Positions 18,459 through 27,126 of a stretch of DNA of 64,000 nucleotides are shown here, in pieces (the stretch's first letter is position 1; each line of letters opens with the position of its first letter). Below the pieces are notes generated by a model. It made no database searches, had not been told where the DNA came from, and was given only the letters and a program-made list of their open reading frames with translations. A program made the translations under genes and the position numbers. Origin of the DNA: Lachnospiraceae bacterium (GTDB lineage Bacteria; Bacillota; Clostridia; Lachnospirales; Lachnospiraceae); assembly GCA_900766915.1 (NCBI GenBank), contig CAAFXE010000387.1:1637-65636 (forward strand), read 5' to 3'.

Positions 18459-20555
18459 TTATTTATCTTCTTTTTTCACGTCTTTCATAGAGAAGCTGAT
18501 TCTGCCCATCTTGTCTTTTCCAAGACAAACAACGGTGACATTGTCACCTAAAGTAAGGACATCTTCTACACGGTTGATTCTTTCCTTGGAAATCTTGGAA
18601 ATGTGAACCATACCTTCTTTGCCCGGAGCAAATTCAACAAATGCACCGAACTCTTTGATGCTGACAACTTTACCCTTGAAGATCATGCCTTCTTCGAAGT
18701 CAGTCGCAATGATTCTGATCATTTCTGCAGCCTTGTCCATATTTTGCTGATTTACGCCGCAGATAGATACTGCACCATCATCTGTAATGTCGATCTTCAC
18801 GCCGGTCTGTTCAATGATTGCATTGATGGTCTTACCTCTCTGTCCAACAACATCACCAATCTTCTGCGGATCGATCTGAATCTGGATGATCTTCGGAGCA
18901 AACTCACCTACAGTTGGTCTCGGCTCTGCAATAGCCGGTTTCATACAGTTTTCCATGATGAAAAGTCTTGCTTCACGGCATCTTGCAATGGCACCTTCTA
19001 CGATCGGTCTTGTTAAACCATGGATCTTGATATCCATCTGGATCGCTGTGATACCTTCGGTAGTACCTGTTACCTTAAAGTCCATATCCCCAAAGAAATC
19101 TTCCAGACCCTGGATATCTGTTAATAATACATAGTCATCATCTGTTTCCCCTGTTACAAGACCACAGGAAATACCTGCTACCATCTTCTTGATCGGCACA
19201 CCTGCTGCCATTAAGGACATACAGGAAGCACAGGTAGAAGCCATAGATGTAGAACCGTTAGATTCAAAGGTTTCTGATACGGATCTGATTGCATATGGGA
19301 ATTCTTCTTCTGAAGGAAGTACCGGTACCAGAGCCTTTTCAGCCAGTGCACCATGTCCGATTTCACGACGTCCCGGTCCTCTGGATGGCTTTGTTTCACC
19401 TACAGAATATGCCGGGAAGTTATAGTGATGCATGTAACGCTTGCTTACTTCATTTTCATCTAATCCGTCGATCTTCTGAGCTTCGGACAATGGAGCCAGT
19501 GTTGTCACGTTACAGATCTGTGTCTGTCCACGGGTGAACATTGCAGAACCGTGTACTCTCGGGATAATATCTACTTCTGCTGCCAGTGGACGGATCTGTG
19601 TGATTTCACGGCCGTCAGGACGCTTGTGATCCTTTAAGATCATCTTACGTACAGTCTTTTTCTGATACTGGTATACTGCTTCACCAAGGACTGCGAGCCA
19701 ATCCTCTTTATCAGCAAATGCTTCCTCAAGTTTTGCTGTAATATTTTTGATGTTTTCTTCACGAACCTGTTTTTCATCTGTGAAAACAGCTGTTTCCATT
19801 TCTTCCGGTGTTACGATTGCTTTGATTGCATCAAACATTTCTTCCGGAATTGCACAGCTTGTATACTCGTGTTTTGGTTTACCCACTTCAGCAACCATCT
19901 TGTTAATGAACTCAATGATGGTCTGGTTTACTTCGTGTGCTTTGTAGATTGCTTCGATCATTTTTGCTTCCGGAATCTCATTTGCACCGGCTTCGATCAT
20001 GATTACTTTTTCAGAAGTAGAAGCAACTGTTAAGTTTAAATCTCCGTTTTTCCACTGATCCTGGGATGGGTTGATGATGAGTTCTCCATCGATCATACCA
20101 ACCTGTGTCGTTGCACATGGTCCGCAGAAAGGAATGTCAGAAATGCTGGTTGCAATGGCAGCGCCAAGCATTGCTACTAATTCCGGACGACACTGAGGAT
20201 CTACAGACATTACCATATTATTTAATGTAACATCATTTCTGTAGTCCTTCGGGAATAACGGACGCATTGGTCTGTCGATTACACGGGATGTAAGGATGGC
20301 ATTTTCAGATGCTTTTCCTTCACGTTTGTTAAAGCCTCCCGGAATTTTTCCTACGGCATATAATTTTTCTTCATATTCTACACTGAGAGGGAAAAAGTCG
20401 ATTCCTTCTCTTGGCTTGTCTGATGCAGTTGCTGTAGAAAGTACCACTGTATCGCCATAGTGCATAAATGCACAGCCATTTGCCTGCTTACCAACTCTGC
20501 CCACATCTACGCGGAGAGTTCTTCCTGCAAGTTCCATTGTAAAACTCTTGTACAT
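18459..20555 (-). CDS. pnp: polyribonucleotide nucleotidyltransferase (PNPase)
   Basis: 698 aa with two RNase PH domains and KH plus S1 domains at the C-terminus. Downstream of rpsO. Confidence 0.96.
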   Translation of the reverse strand: MYKSFTMELAGRTLRVDVGRVGKQANGCAFMHYGDTVVLSTATASDKPREGIDFFPLSVEYEEKLYAVGKIPGGFNKREGKASENAILTSRVIDRPMRPLFPKDYRNDVTLNNMVMSVDPQCRPELVAMLGAAIATSISDIPFCGPCATTQVGMIDGELIINPSQDQWKNGDLNLTVASTSEKVIMIEAGANEIPEAKMIEAIYKAHEVNQTIIEFINKMVAEVGKPKHEYTSCAIPEEMFDAIKAIVTPEEMETAVFTDEKQVREENIKNITAKLEEAFADKEDWLAVLGEAVYQYQKKTVRKMILKDHKRPDGREITQIRPLAAEVDIIPRVHGSAMFTRGQTQICNVTTLAPLSEAQKIDGLDENEVSKRYMHHYNFPAYSVGETKPSRGPGRREIGHGALAEKALVPVLPSEEEFPYAIRSVSETFESNGSTSMASTCASCMSLMAAGVPIKKMVAGISCGLVTGETDDDYVLLTDIQGLEDFFGDMDFKVTGTTEGITAIQMDIKIHGLTRPIVEGAIARCREARLFIMENCMKPAIAEPRPTVGEFAPKIIQIQIDPQKIGDVVGQRGKTINAIIEQTGVKIDITDDGAVSICGVNQQNMDKAAEMIRIIATDFEEGMIFKGKVVSIKEFGAFVEFAPGKEGMVHISKISKERINRVEDVLTLGDNVTVVCLGKDKMGRISFSMKDVKKEDK

Positions 20556-20588
20556 GTTTCAATCTCCTTTTCTTTAAATTGATAAAGC

Positions 20589-20665
20589 AGAAGATTTGCT
20601 TCCGAAACCACTGAAAAAACGAAAAGATTTTTTCGGCTTTTCAGTTGTCTCGGGAATACTCTTCT
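20589..20665 (-). promoter_or_regulatory. long imperfect hairpin in the rpsO-pnp intergenic leader
   Basis: AGAAGA (20589-20594) through CTGAAAA pairs with TTTTCAG through TCTTCT (20660-20665), giving arms of about 30 nt. Confidence 0.5.
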
Positions 20666-20696
20666 ACTTTGTTTTAAACATTTTAACGTCTTCTCA

Positions 20697-20723
20697 CGAA
20701 AAAAGGGCGGATATTCCCGCCCT
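20697..20723 (-). terminator. Rho-independent terminator/attenuator after rpsO
   Basis: GGGCGG (20705-20710) pairs with CCGCCC (20717-20722), with a T-run on the minus strand. Confidence 0.8.
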
Positions 20724-20730
20724 GTTTTTA

Positions 20731-20997
20731 TTATTTTCTGAGTCCTAAACGTTCAATTAAAGCACGATATCTGTTGATATCTTTTTTCTTTAAGTATGCT
20801 AATAAACCACGTCTCTGACCTACCATCTTCAGAAGACCTCTGTTAGAGTGGAAATCCTTTGGGTTTTCTTTCATGTGCTGTGTCAGTTCCTGAATTCTTG
20901 CTGTTAAAACTGCAACCTGAACTTCCGGTGAACCTGTATCGTTTGCACATGTAGCATATTCAGCCATGATCGCTGCTTTCTTTTCCTTTGAAATCAT
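20731..20997 (-). CDS. rpsO: 30S ribosomal protein S15
   Basis: 88 aa with the ...[16 protein letters not shown]...[22 protein letters not shown] signature. AGGAGG RBS. Confidence 0.97.
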   Translation of the reverse strand: MISKEKKAAIMAEYATCANDTGSPEVQVAVLTARIQELTQHMKENPKDFHSNRGLLKMVGQRRGLLAYLKKKDINRYRALIERLGLRK

Positions 20998-21090
20998 TTT
21001 GACTTCCTCCTTTTTCTTTATAACCGCCTGATACTAAGAACCGGTCGGAGTGTCCAAATCCTGAATATCGGCTAAATCTCATACCCCAAT

Positions 21091-21119
21091 ACAATACCAC
21101 AAGCCCGCTTCTTTGTAAA
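21091..21119 (-). promoter_or_regulatory. candidate rpsO promoter with an extended -10
   Basis: On the minus strand, TTTACA (21119-21114), a 17-nt spacer ending in TGG, then TATTGT (21096-21091). Confidence 0.45.
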
Positions 21120-21175
21120 CATCTTTTTCCACTTTTTTAATTGCTTTTTTCAATCATTATTTCAAATTTACGCCG

Positions 21176-21327
21176 AAAAAACTGCAGTTACCCCACATCG
21201 CAGGCTTCATCCTCCTCAACTAACTCCAAGAACTGCTAATCACTTGCGTGAGAGCACGCTTCGTGAAGCAGTTCTAAGAGTGGATTTTCGGACTCTTCCG
21301 CTTAACGCGACGTGGTGCAACCGCAGT
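21176..21327 (-). repeat. structured rod-like repeat, copy A (RNA-sense strand minus)
   Basis: 21-nt outer arms (21181-21201 and 21307-21327) have 3 A.C mismatches on plus that become G.U on minus. The central domain (21229-21275) matches copies B and C with compensatory changes. A U-tract follows on the minus strand. Confidence 0.75.
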
Positions 21328-21371
21328 CCTTCCGGCTGTGAATCAAAAAATATTTATTCACAAAATTTTCT

Positions 21372-21578
21372 CAAGGAACAGCTGGGACAACCTCTGTCTG
21401 CGTGCCGCATTTAGCCAAACACGATGGAAGTTTTATCAAAACTTCCATCAAGGCCGGAAAATCCGCCTTAGAATTTCTAGGCGAAGCAGGCTCTCCTGCA
21501 AGCCTTTAGAAATTCTTAGGCTAGTTGGAGGCGACGACGCCTGCGGAACGTGGATAGAGGTTGTCTTAGCGTCCCTTG
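21372..21578 (+). repeat. structured rod-like repeat, copy B (RNA-sense strand plus)
   Basis: Outer arms 21386-21408 and 21543-21565 have 3 G.U pairs on plus. An extra perfect 12-bp hairpin lies at 21423-21449, and the central domain at 21470-21516. Confidence 0.75.
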
Positions 21579-21628
21579 AAATAACATGTTTCCGGAATAA
21601 AAAGCAGCTACCGGGAGATACTATCCCC

Positions 21629-22024
21629 ATGAAGCACAAATTTATTATATGCGGCGCCATCGGCTGGTGTGTGGAAGTCTTCTGGACCGGACTTCATTCC
21701 CTGATAAACGGGCAGTGGAAGCTCATGGGACAGTCCTCCCTCTGGATGTTTCCCATCTACGGATGTGCCGCCATCATCGAACCCTTATCCCGCCTCTACA
21801 AAAAGTGTAATGTATTCTTCAGAGGAATCATTTATATGCTCCATATTTTCGCCGGAGAATTTCTTTCAGGGATGCTCTTAAAAAAGCTCGGCATCTGTCC
21901 CTGGGATTATTCTGCCAGTCCCTATAATATTCAGGGAGTCATCCGGTTGGATTACGCTCCTCTCTGGTTTGGGCTGGGGCTTTTTTATGAATTTTTATTC
22001 CGACGCAAAAAGCAGGCCCCTTAG
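21629..22024 (+). CDS. small polytopic membrane protein (resembles the putative ABC-transporter type IV / CmpB-like family)
   Basis: The ORF track starts at 21338, but the first 97 codons read through repeat B. The ATG at 21629 (MKHKFIICGAIGWCVEVFWTG...) has GGGAGA upstream. 131 aa. Confidence 0.6.
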   Translation: MKHKFIICGAIGWCVEVFWTGLHSLINGQWKLMGQSSLWMFPIYGCAAIIEPLSRLYKKCNVFFRGIIYMLHIFAGEFLSGMLLKKLGICPWDYSASPYNIQGVIRLDYAPLWFGLGLFYEFLFRRKKQAP

Positions 22025-22039
22025 GACCTGCCGGACTGT

Positions 22040-22486
22040 TTACTGTTTTTCCTTACGCAATCTGCCGCGGTATTTTTCTTCACACCATTTACATCTGTAA
22101 GTCTCCTTGCGCGGATCAGTGAGCACAAATACCTGCTCCAATTCCTGCTCGATGGAGGTAATACATCTTGGGTTTTTACATTTTACCACGTTGACAACTT
22201 CCTTCGGAAGCTCCAGAGCCATCTTATCTACAATTTCGGAATCCTTGATGATATTAATGGTAATATTGTGGTCGATAAATCCCAGCACATTCATATCAAT
22301 AAAATCGATAGGACATTCGATCTTCATAATATCTTTTCTGCCCATTTTATTGCTTCGTGCATTTTTAATAATGGCAACACAGCAGTCCAACTCATCCAGA
22401 TGAAGATATTTATAAATATCCATGCTTTTACCGGCCTGAATATGGTCCAGAACAAAGCCTTCCTGAATCATTCCTACATTTAACAT
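22040..22486 (-). CDS. pyrI: aspartate carbamoyltransferase regulatory subunit
   Basis: 148 aa with a C-terminal zinc motif CKNPRC...CKWC. Directly downstream of pyrB. Confidence 0.93.
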   Translation of the reverse strand: MLNVGMIQEGFVLDHIQAGKSMDIYKYLHLDELDCCVAIIKNARSNKMGRKDIMKIECPIDFIDMNVLGFIDHNITINIIKDSEIVDKMALELPKEVVNVVKCKNPRCITSIEQELEQVFVLTDPRKETYRCKWCEEKYRGRLRKEKQ

Positions 22487-22487
22487 C

Positions 22488-23405
22488 CTACACCTCGATT
22501 CCCAGTAATGTGAGGATCAGTGCCATTCGCACATACACTCCATACTGTACCTGTCTGAAATACGCCGCCCTTGGATCATCATCTACTTCCACTGAGATTT
22601 CATTGACTCTCGGCAGCGGATGAAGAACCAGCATGTCCTCTTTTGCCAGGGACATTTTCTTCTTATCCAGAATATAGAAATCCTTTAAACGGATATAATC
22701 TTCTTCGTTGAAGAAGCGTTCTCTCTGAACGCGAGTCATATAAAGAATGTCCAGATCTCCCATAACATCTTCCAGATGCTCCACTTCCCTGTAAGGAACA
22801 TTTCCTGCATCCAATACATCCTCGCGAATATATTCCGGGATTCTTAATTCTTCCGGAGAAATCAGTACAAACGAAACACCTTCATAGCGAACCAGCGCTT
22901 TAATGAGAGAATGAACGGTACGTCCAAATTTTAGGTCTCCGCAAAGGCCAATCACAAGATGATCAAGACGTCCTTTTAAGGAACGGATCGTCAAAAGGTC
23001 TGTCAATGTCTGTGTCGGGTGCTGATGTCCTCCATCGCCTGCATTGATCACAGGAATGGATGATACACGGGCTGCGACCATGGGTGCACCTTCCTTCGGA
23101 TGACGCATTGCACAGATATCTGCATAGCAGGAAATCATACGAATCGTATCAGATACGCTTTCCCCTTTTGCCGCAGAACTGCTGGCTGCCGAAGAAAACC
23201 CAAGCACGTTTCCGCCAAGATTCATCATGGCAGCTTCAAAGCTCAGTCTTGTTCTTGTACTTGGCTCATAAAAAAGTGTAGCCAGTTTTTTCCCTGCACA
23301 GGCATGTGCATATTTCTCAGGATTCTTTTCGATATCATTTCCCAGATCCAAAAGGTGATCCAGCTCTTCTACCGAAAAATCCAAAGGAGTCATTAAATGT
23401 CTCAT
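22488..23405 (-). CDS. pyrB: aspartate carbamoyltransferase catalytic subunit
   Basis: 305 aa with STRTR, HPTQ and HPLPR motifs. Confidence 0.96.
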   Translation of the reverse strand: MRHLMTPLDFSVEELDHLLDLGNDIEKNPEKYAHACAGKKLATLFYEPSTRTRLSFEAAMMNLGGNVLGFSSAASSSAAKGESVSDTIRMISCYADICAMRHPKEGAPMVAARVSSIPVINAGDGGHQHPTQTLTDLLTIRSLKGRLDHLVIGLCGDLKFGRTVHSLIKALVRYEGVSFVLISPEELRIPEYIREDVLDAGNVPYREVEHLEDVMGDLDILYMTRVQRERFFNEEDYIRLKDFYILDKKKMSLAKEDMLVLHPLPRVNEISVEVDDDPRAAYFRQVQYGVYVRMALILTLLGIEV

Positions 23406-23474
23406 TGGTACCTCCTAATATTTAATCATATTGTCAATTATTCAGCATACACGAATCTTCATATTTTTTCAAGA

Positions 23475-24374
23475 TTAAGAATTTGATAAATGCACATCTA
23501 ACTGGTTAAATGGGATTTCGATGCCTTCTGCATCAAAGGAAAGCTTCACATTCTCTGTGAGGCGGAATTTCACATCCCAGTACCTTTCTGTTGGAACCCA
23601 TACACGAAGGATCATATTAACAGAGCTTTCTCCCAGATCGGATACCATAGCCACCGGTGCCTTTGCACATGCTTCGTCCTGTTTTACCACATCCTGATCC
23701 TTCATAGCTGTCTCAAGGAGAATCTCTTTTGCTTTTTTAATATCTCCGTTGTAGGAAATTCCTACCGGAATATCAAGACGGCGCTGTGTCTGTGCAGTCA
23801 CATTGATAAGACTGTTATCCGCCAGCTGACCGTTGGGGATGATGACTCTTCTGTTATCTGCGGTAAGTAAGGCTGTGTAAAACAGCTGGATCTCACTGAC
23901 TGTTCCTTCCAGGCCGCCCTGGATAATGTAATCTCCAACCTTAAATGGTTTGATTAAAAGAATGATCACACCACCCGCAAAATTGGAAAGGCTCCCCTGA
24001 AGCGCAAGACCAATGGCAACGCCTACAGAACCAATGGCAGCTACAATGGATGTAGTCTGCACACCGAATTTTTGCAGAATGCTTAATGCAAGCAATATGT
24101 ATAAGCCATATTTTACAAGGGAATCCAGAAACTGGATCAGACCCGTATCTGCATTATTTCGCTCCAGGGAGCGTCTAAGAAGCTTTCGAATCCATCCAAT
24201 CAGCTTTAAGCCGATAATGATGATCACAAAGGCAGCCGCTACCTGGAGTATAAAATCCAATAATTTTGGGAAAAATTCATCCAGCCAGCGTCCAAACCTG
24301 CTGATTTCTTCTTTTACTTCTGTTACATCTGTGATATCTATCACATTATCTGCAACTGCTAATAATTTGTTCAT
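23475..24374 (-). CDS. mechanosensitive ion channel (MscS family)
   Basis: 299 aa with N-terminal TMs followed by an MscS beta-domain block (PFKVGDYI...G.V..I....T.L...DNRRVIIPN). Confidence 0.9.
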   Translation of the reverse strand: MNKLLAVADNVIDITDVTEVKEEISRFGRWLDEFFPKLLDFILQVAAAFVIIIIGLKLIGWIRKLLRRSLERNNADTGLIQFLDSLVKYGLYILLALSILQKFGVQTTSIVAAIGSVGVAIGLALQGSLSNFAGGVIILLIKPFKVGDYIIQGGLEGTVSEIQLFYTALLTADNRRVIIPNGQLADNSLINVTAQTQRRLDIPVGISYNGDIKKAKEILLETAMKDQDVVKQDEACAKAPVAMVSDLGESSVNMILRVWVPTERYWDVKFRLTENVKLSFDAEGIEIPFNQLDVHLSNS

Positions 24375-24383
24375 AACTTCCTC

Positions 24384-26348
24384 CTATGCTTCCAGCATTT
24401 TTATAAATTCTTCCTCCGAAATGATCGGAATGCCAAGCTCTTTGGCCTTTTTATTTTTTGATGAATTTGAGGTGGTATCATTATTGATCAGGTAATTTGT
24501 TTTGGAGGTTACACTTCCGGTTACCTTGCCTCCTCTTTCTTCAATCACAGCTTTTACTTCATTGCGGTTTGCGAAATGTTCCACACTTCCGGTGATACAA
24601 AAGGTAATCCCCTCAAAAATCTGTGTCCGGTTATTTTCTTCCGGTTTTTCCAACGTAATCTGTGCCAGAAGATGATCCAGGATCTTTTGATTTTTTTCAT
24701 TCCGGAAATATTCTGCAATTGCTTTTGCAATAACTTCTCCGATGCCGTCAATGGATGATAGTTCCTCCACAGAGGCTCCCCGCAATGCATCCAGATCATA
24801 ATGATACTGCTTTGCCAGCACTTTTGCATTGGCAACTCCGATGTTCGGAATGCCAAGGGCATAAATAAGCCGTGGCAGGGTGGTATTTCTTGCTTTTTCC
24901 ACACTGGCCAGAAGATTTTTACAGGACTTTTCCCCAAAACCTTCCAGGTTTTCAATCTCTTTCTGATAACGGGACAGGCAGAAGATATCTGCAAATTCAT
25001 GAATAAAGCCCCTGGCAATAAATTTTTCCAGCGTTGCTTCCGATAAGCCTTCCATATTCATGGCATCCCTGCTTACAAAAAGCGTGAAGGACTTGATCTT
25101 TTTTGCCTCACATTCCGGATTGGTACAATACAGAGCCTTTGCATCCGCCACCTGTCTTACCATAGTCTCTCCGCCACAGGTAGGACAATATTTTGGCGGC
25201 TTAACCATACCGCTTCTTGTCTTATTTTCGGCAATCTGCGGAATGATCATATTCGCCTTATAGACCTCAATGGTATCTCCGATTCCAAGCTCCAGCCCTT
25301 CCATCACACTGAGATTGTGTACCGAAGCGCGGGATACGGTAGTGCCCTCCAGCTCCACCGGTTCAAAAATGGCAACCGGATTGATAAGCCCCGTTCTGGA
25401 AGGACTCCATTCAATTCCCAGCAAAGTAGTTTCCCGAATCTCATCTGCCCATTTAAAGGCAATGGAGTTCCTTGGAAATTTTGCAGTTCTTCCCAGACTG
25501 TCTCCATAGGCAATATCATCATAGACTGCCACCAGACCATCGGAAGGAAAATCATTGGATGTAATCCGACCTGCAAAACCCAAAACGCTCTCCTCCAGGG
25601 TATCCTTTGTGACTACTTCATATTCAACAATGTCAAATCCCTGATTTTTCAGCCATAAAAGCTGCTGCTCTCTGGAATTATGAAACTCTGCACCTTCTGC
25701 TTTCACAAGAGAAAATGCAAAAAAGTTTACATTTCTTCTGGCTGTGATCTCGTTGTTCAGCTGACGAACAGAGCCACTGCACAGATTTCGCGGATTTTTG
25801 TATTTTGCATCCACATCTTCAATAGTCTCATTGATCTTATAAAAATCGGAATAGGTAATGACTGCTTCTCCGCGAAGCACCACCTGACCCCTGTGGGGAA
25901 TCGTAAGCGGTACATTTTTAAAAACTCTGGCATTGTTGGTAATGACCTCACCAACCTCTCCGTTTCCTCTTGTAACTGCCTTGGCAAGTTTTCCATCCTC
26001 ATAGGTCAGTACAATGGTAAGTCCGTCAAGCTTCCAGGAAAGCAGGGTCTTTTGATCTCCCACCCATTCCTTTAAAGCCTGCACATCTTTTGTCTTATCC
26101 AGAGAAAGCATGGGGCTTTCATGCCGCTCCTTGGGAAGCTCTGTAAGCACCTCGTATCCAACATTGACGGTAGGACTGGATGCCAGCACCACACCGGTTT
26201 CTTTTTCCAGTGCCAAAAGCTCATCATAAAGGGCATCATACTCAAAATTGCTCATGATTTCCGATGCATCCTGATAGTAAGCTTTGGAAGCTTCATTTAA
26301 TTTTTTTACAAGATCATTCATCTTTTCAAGTTTCTGATTCATGGACAT
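24384..26348 (-). CDS. ligA: NAD-dependent DNA ligase
   Basis: 654 aa with the adenylation motif KLDG, a Zn finger CPTCG...C.NPEC, HhH repeats and a C-terminal BRCT domain. Confidence 0.96.
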   Translation of the reverse strand: MSMNQKLEKMNDLVKKLNEASKAYYQDASEIMSNFEYDALYDELLALEKETGVVLASSPTVNVGYEVLTELPKERHESPMLSLDKTKDVQALKEWVGDQKTLLSWKLDGLTIVLTYEDGKLAKAVTRGNGEVGEVITNNARVFKNVPLTIPHRGQVVLRGEAVITYSDFYKINETIEDVDAKYKNPRNLCSGSVRQLNNEITARRNVNFFAFSLVKAEGAEFHNSREQQLLWLKNQGFDIVEYEVVTKDTLEESVLGFAGRITSNDFPSDGLVAVYDDIAYGDSLGRTAKFPRNSIAFKWADEIRETTLLGIEWSPSRTGLINPVAIFEPVELEGTTVSRASVHNLSVMEGLELGIGDTIEVYKANMIIPQIAENKTRSGMVKPPKYCPTCGGETMVRQVADAKALYCTNPECEAKKIKSFTLFVSRDAMNMEGLSEATLEKFIARGFIHEFADIFCLSRYQKEIENLEGFGEKSCKNLLASVEKARNTTLPRLIYALGIPNIGVANAKVLAKQYHYDLDALRGASVEELSSIDGIGEVIAKAIAEYFRNEKNQKILDHLLAQITLEKPEENNRTQIFEGITFCITGSVEHFANRNEVKAVIEERGGKVTGSVTSKTNYLINNDTTSNSSKNKKAKELGIPIISEEEFIKMLEA

Positions 26349-27066
26349 TCCTCACAGTCTCGCTGGATGAATCCTTCAAAAGTTCCAGCAGTTCTTTCAT
26401 TTCCTTCGGTGTCACTTCCCGGTAAGCACCCACTTTCAGGTCATCCAGTCTGATATTTAAGATTCTGACACGCTTTAGCCTTTGCACCTGAAATCCAAAG
26501 ACCTCACACATTCTTCGGATCTGGCGGTTATACCCCTGGGTCAATATGATTCTGAAGCTGCATTTCCCTGTCTGCTCCACCTGACAGGGTCTGGTCGTTA
26601 CTTCCAGCTCCTTTAAATAAACAGGTTCCGACATCCCTTTTAGAAAGTTTTCATTTACCGGCCTGTTCACCGTTACCAGATATTCCTTCTCATGACGATT
26701 CCCTGCCCGCATGATCTTATTGACAAGGTCTCCCTGATTCGTCAAAAGGATCAGGCCTTCGGAATCCTTATCCAGCCTTCCTACAGGGTACACCCTGCTG
26801 GAATAATTGACAAAGTCCACAATATTGTGTTTCACGGCTTTGCTGGCTGTACATTCGATCCCCCGGGGCTTGTTTAATGCAAGAAGTACCGGCCGGTCCT
26901 TCTTTGTAAGCACTTTTTTGCCGACTCGCACCTCCTGCCCTTCTTCCACCAAGGCTCCAAGACCGGCCCTGACACCATCTACATAGACCTTACCGGCAGC
27001 TATCAACCGGTCAGCTTCTCTTCTGGAGCAATAGCCCATCTCACTTAAGCATTTATTTAACCTCAT
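26326..27066 (-). CDS. rRNA pseudouridine synthase (RsuA/RluB/RluF family)
   Basis: 246 aa with an N-terminal S4 domain and the catalytic GRLDKDSEGL motif. Overlaps the ligA start by 23 nt. Confidence 0.9.
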   Translation of the reverse strand: MRLNKCLSEMGYCSRREADRLIAAGKVYVDGVRAGLGALVEEGQEVRVGKKVLTKKDRPVLLALNKPRGIECTASKAVKHNIVDFVNYSSRVYPVGRLDKDSEGLILLTNQGDLVNKIMRAGNRHEKEYLVTVNRPVNENFLKGMSEPVYLKELEVTTRPCQVEQTGKCSFRIILTQGYNRQIRRMCEVFGFQVQRLKRVRILNIRLDDLKVGAYREVTPKEMKELLELLKDSSSETVRNVHESET

Positions 27067-27089
27067 GTTTTACATTCCTTTTGATATTC

Positions 27090-27123
27090 CAAAATAGCTG
27101 TCCGGAATTTACCGGGCAGCTAT
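27090..27123 (-). terminator. Rho-independent terminator after the SH3-domain protein gene
   Basis: ATAGCTGTCCGG (27094-27105) pairs with CCGGGCAGCTAT (27112-27123), one G.U pair, with a T-run on the minus strand. Confidence 0.65.
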
Positions 27124-27126
27124 TCT

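Noticed and set aside
21176-21230. A mini-ORF inside repeat copy A (GAGGAGG fused to ATG, MKPAMWGNCSFFGVNLK on the minus strand).
   Set aside because: There is no spacing between the SD-like box and the ATG. The frame is 5 codons in copy C and has no ATG in copy B, so it is not conserved as coding.
21338-21628. The N-terminal 97 codons of ORF-track ORF 21338..22024 (228 aa).
   Set aside because: This stretch reads straight through structured repeat copy B, has an Arg/Ser-rich low-complexity translation and has no RBS. The hydrophobic, family-like part begins at the ATG at 21629, which has GGGAGA upstream.
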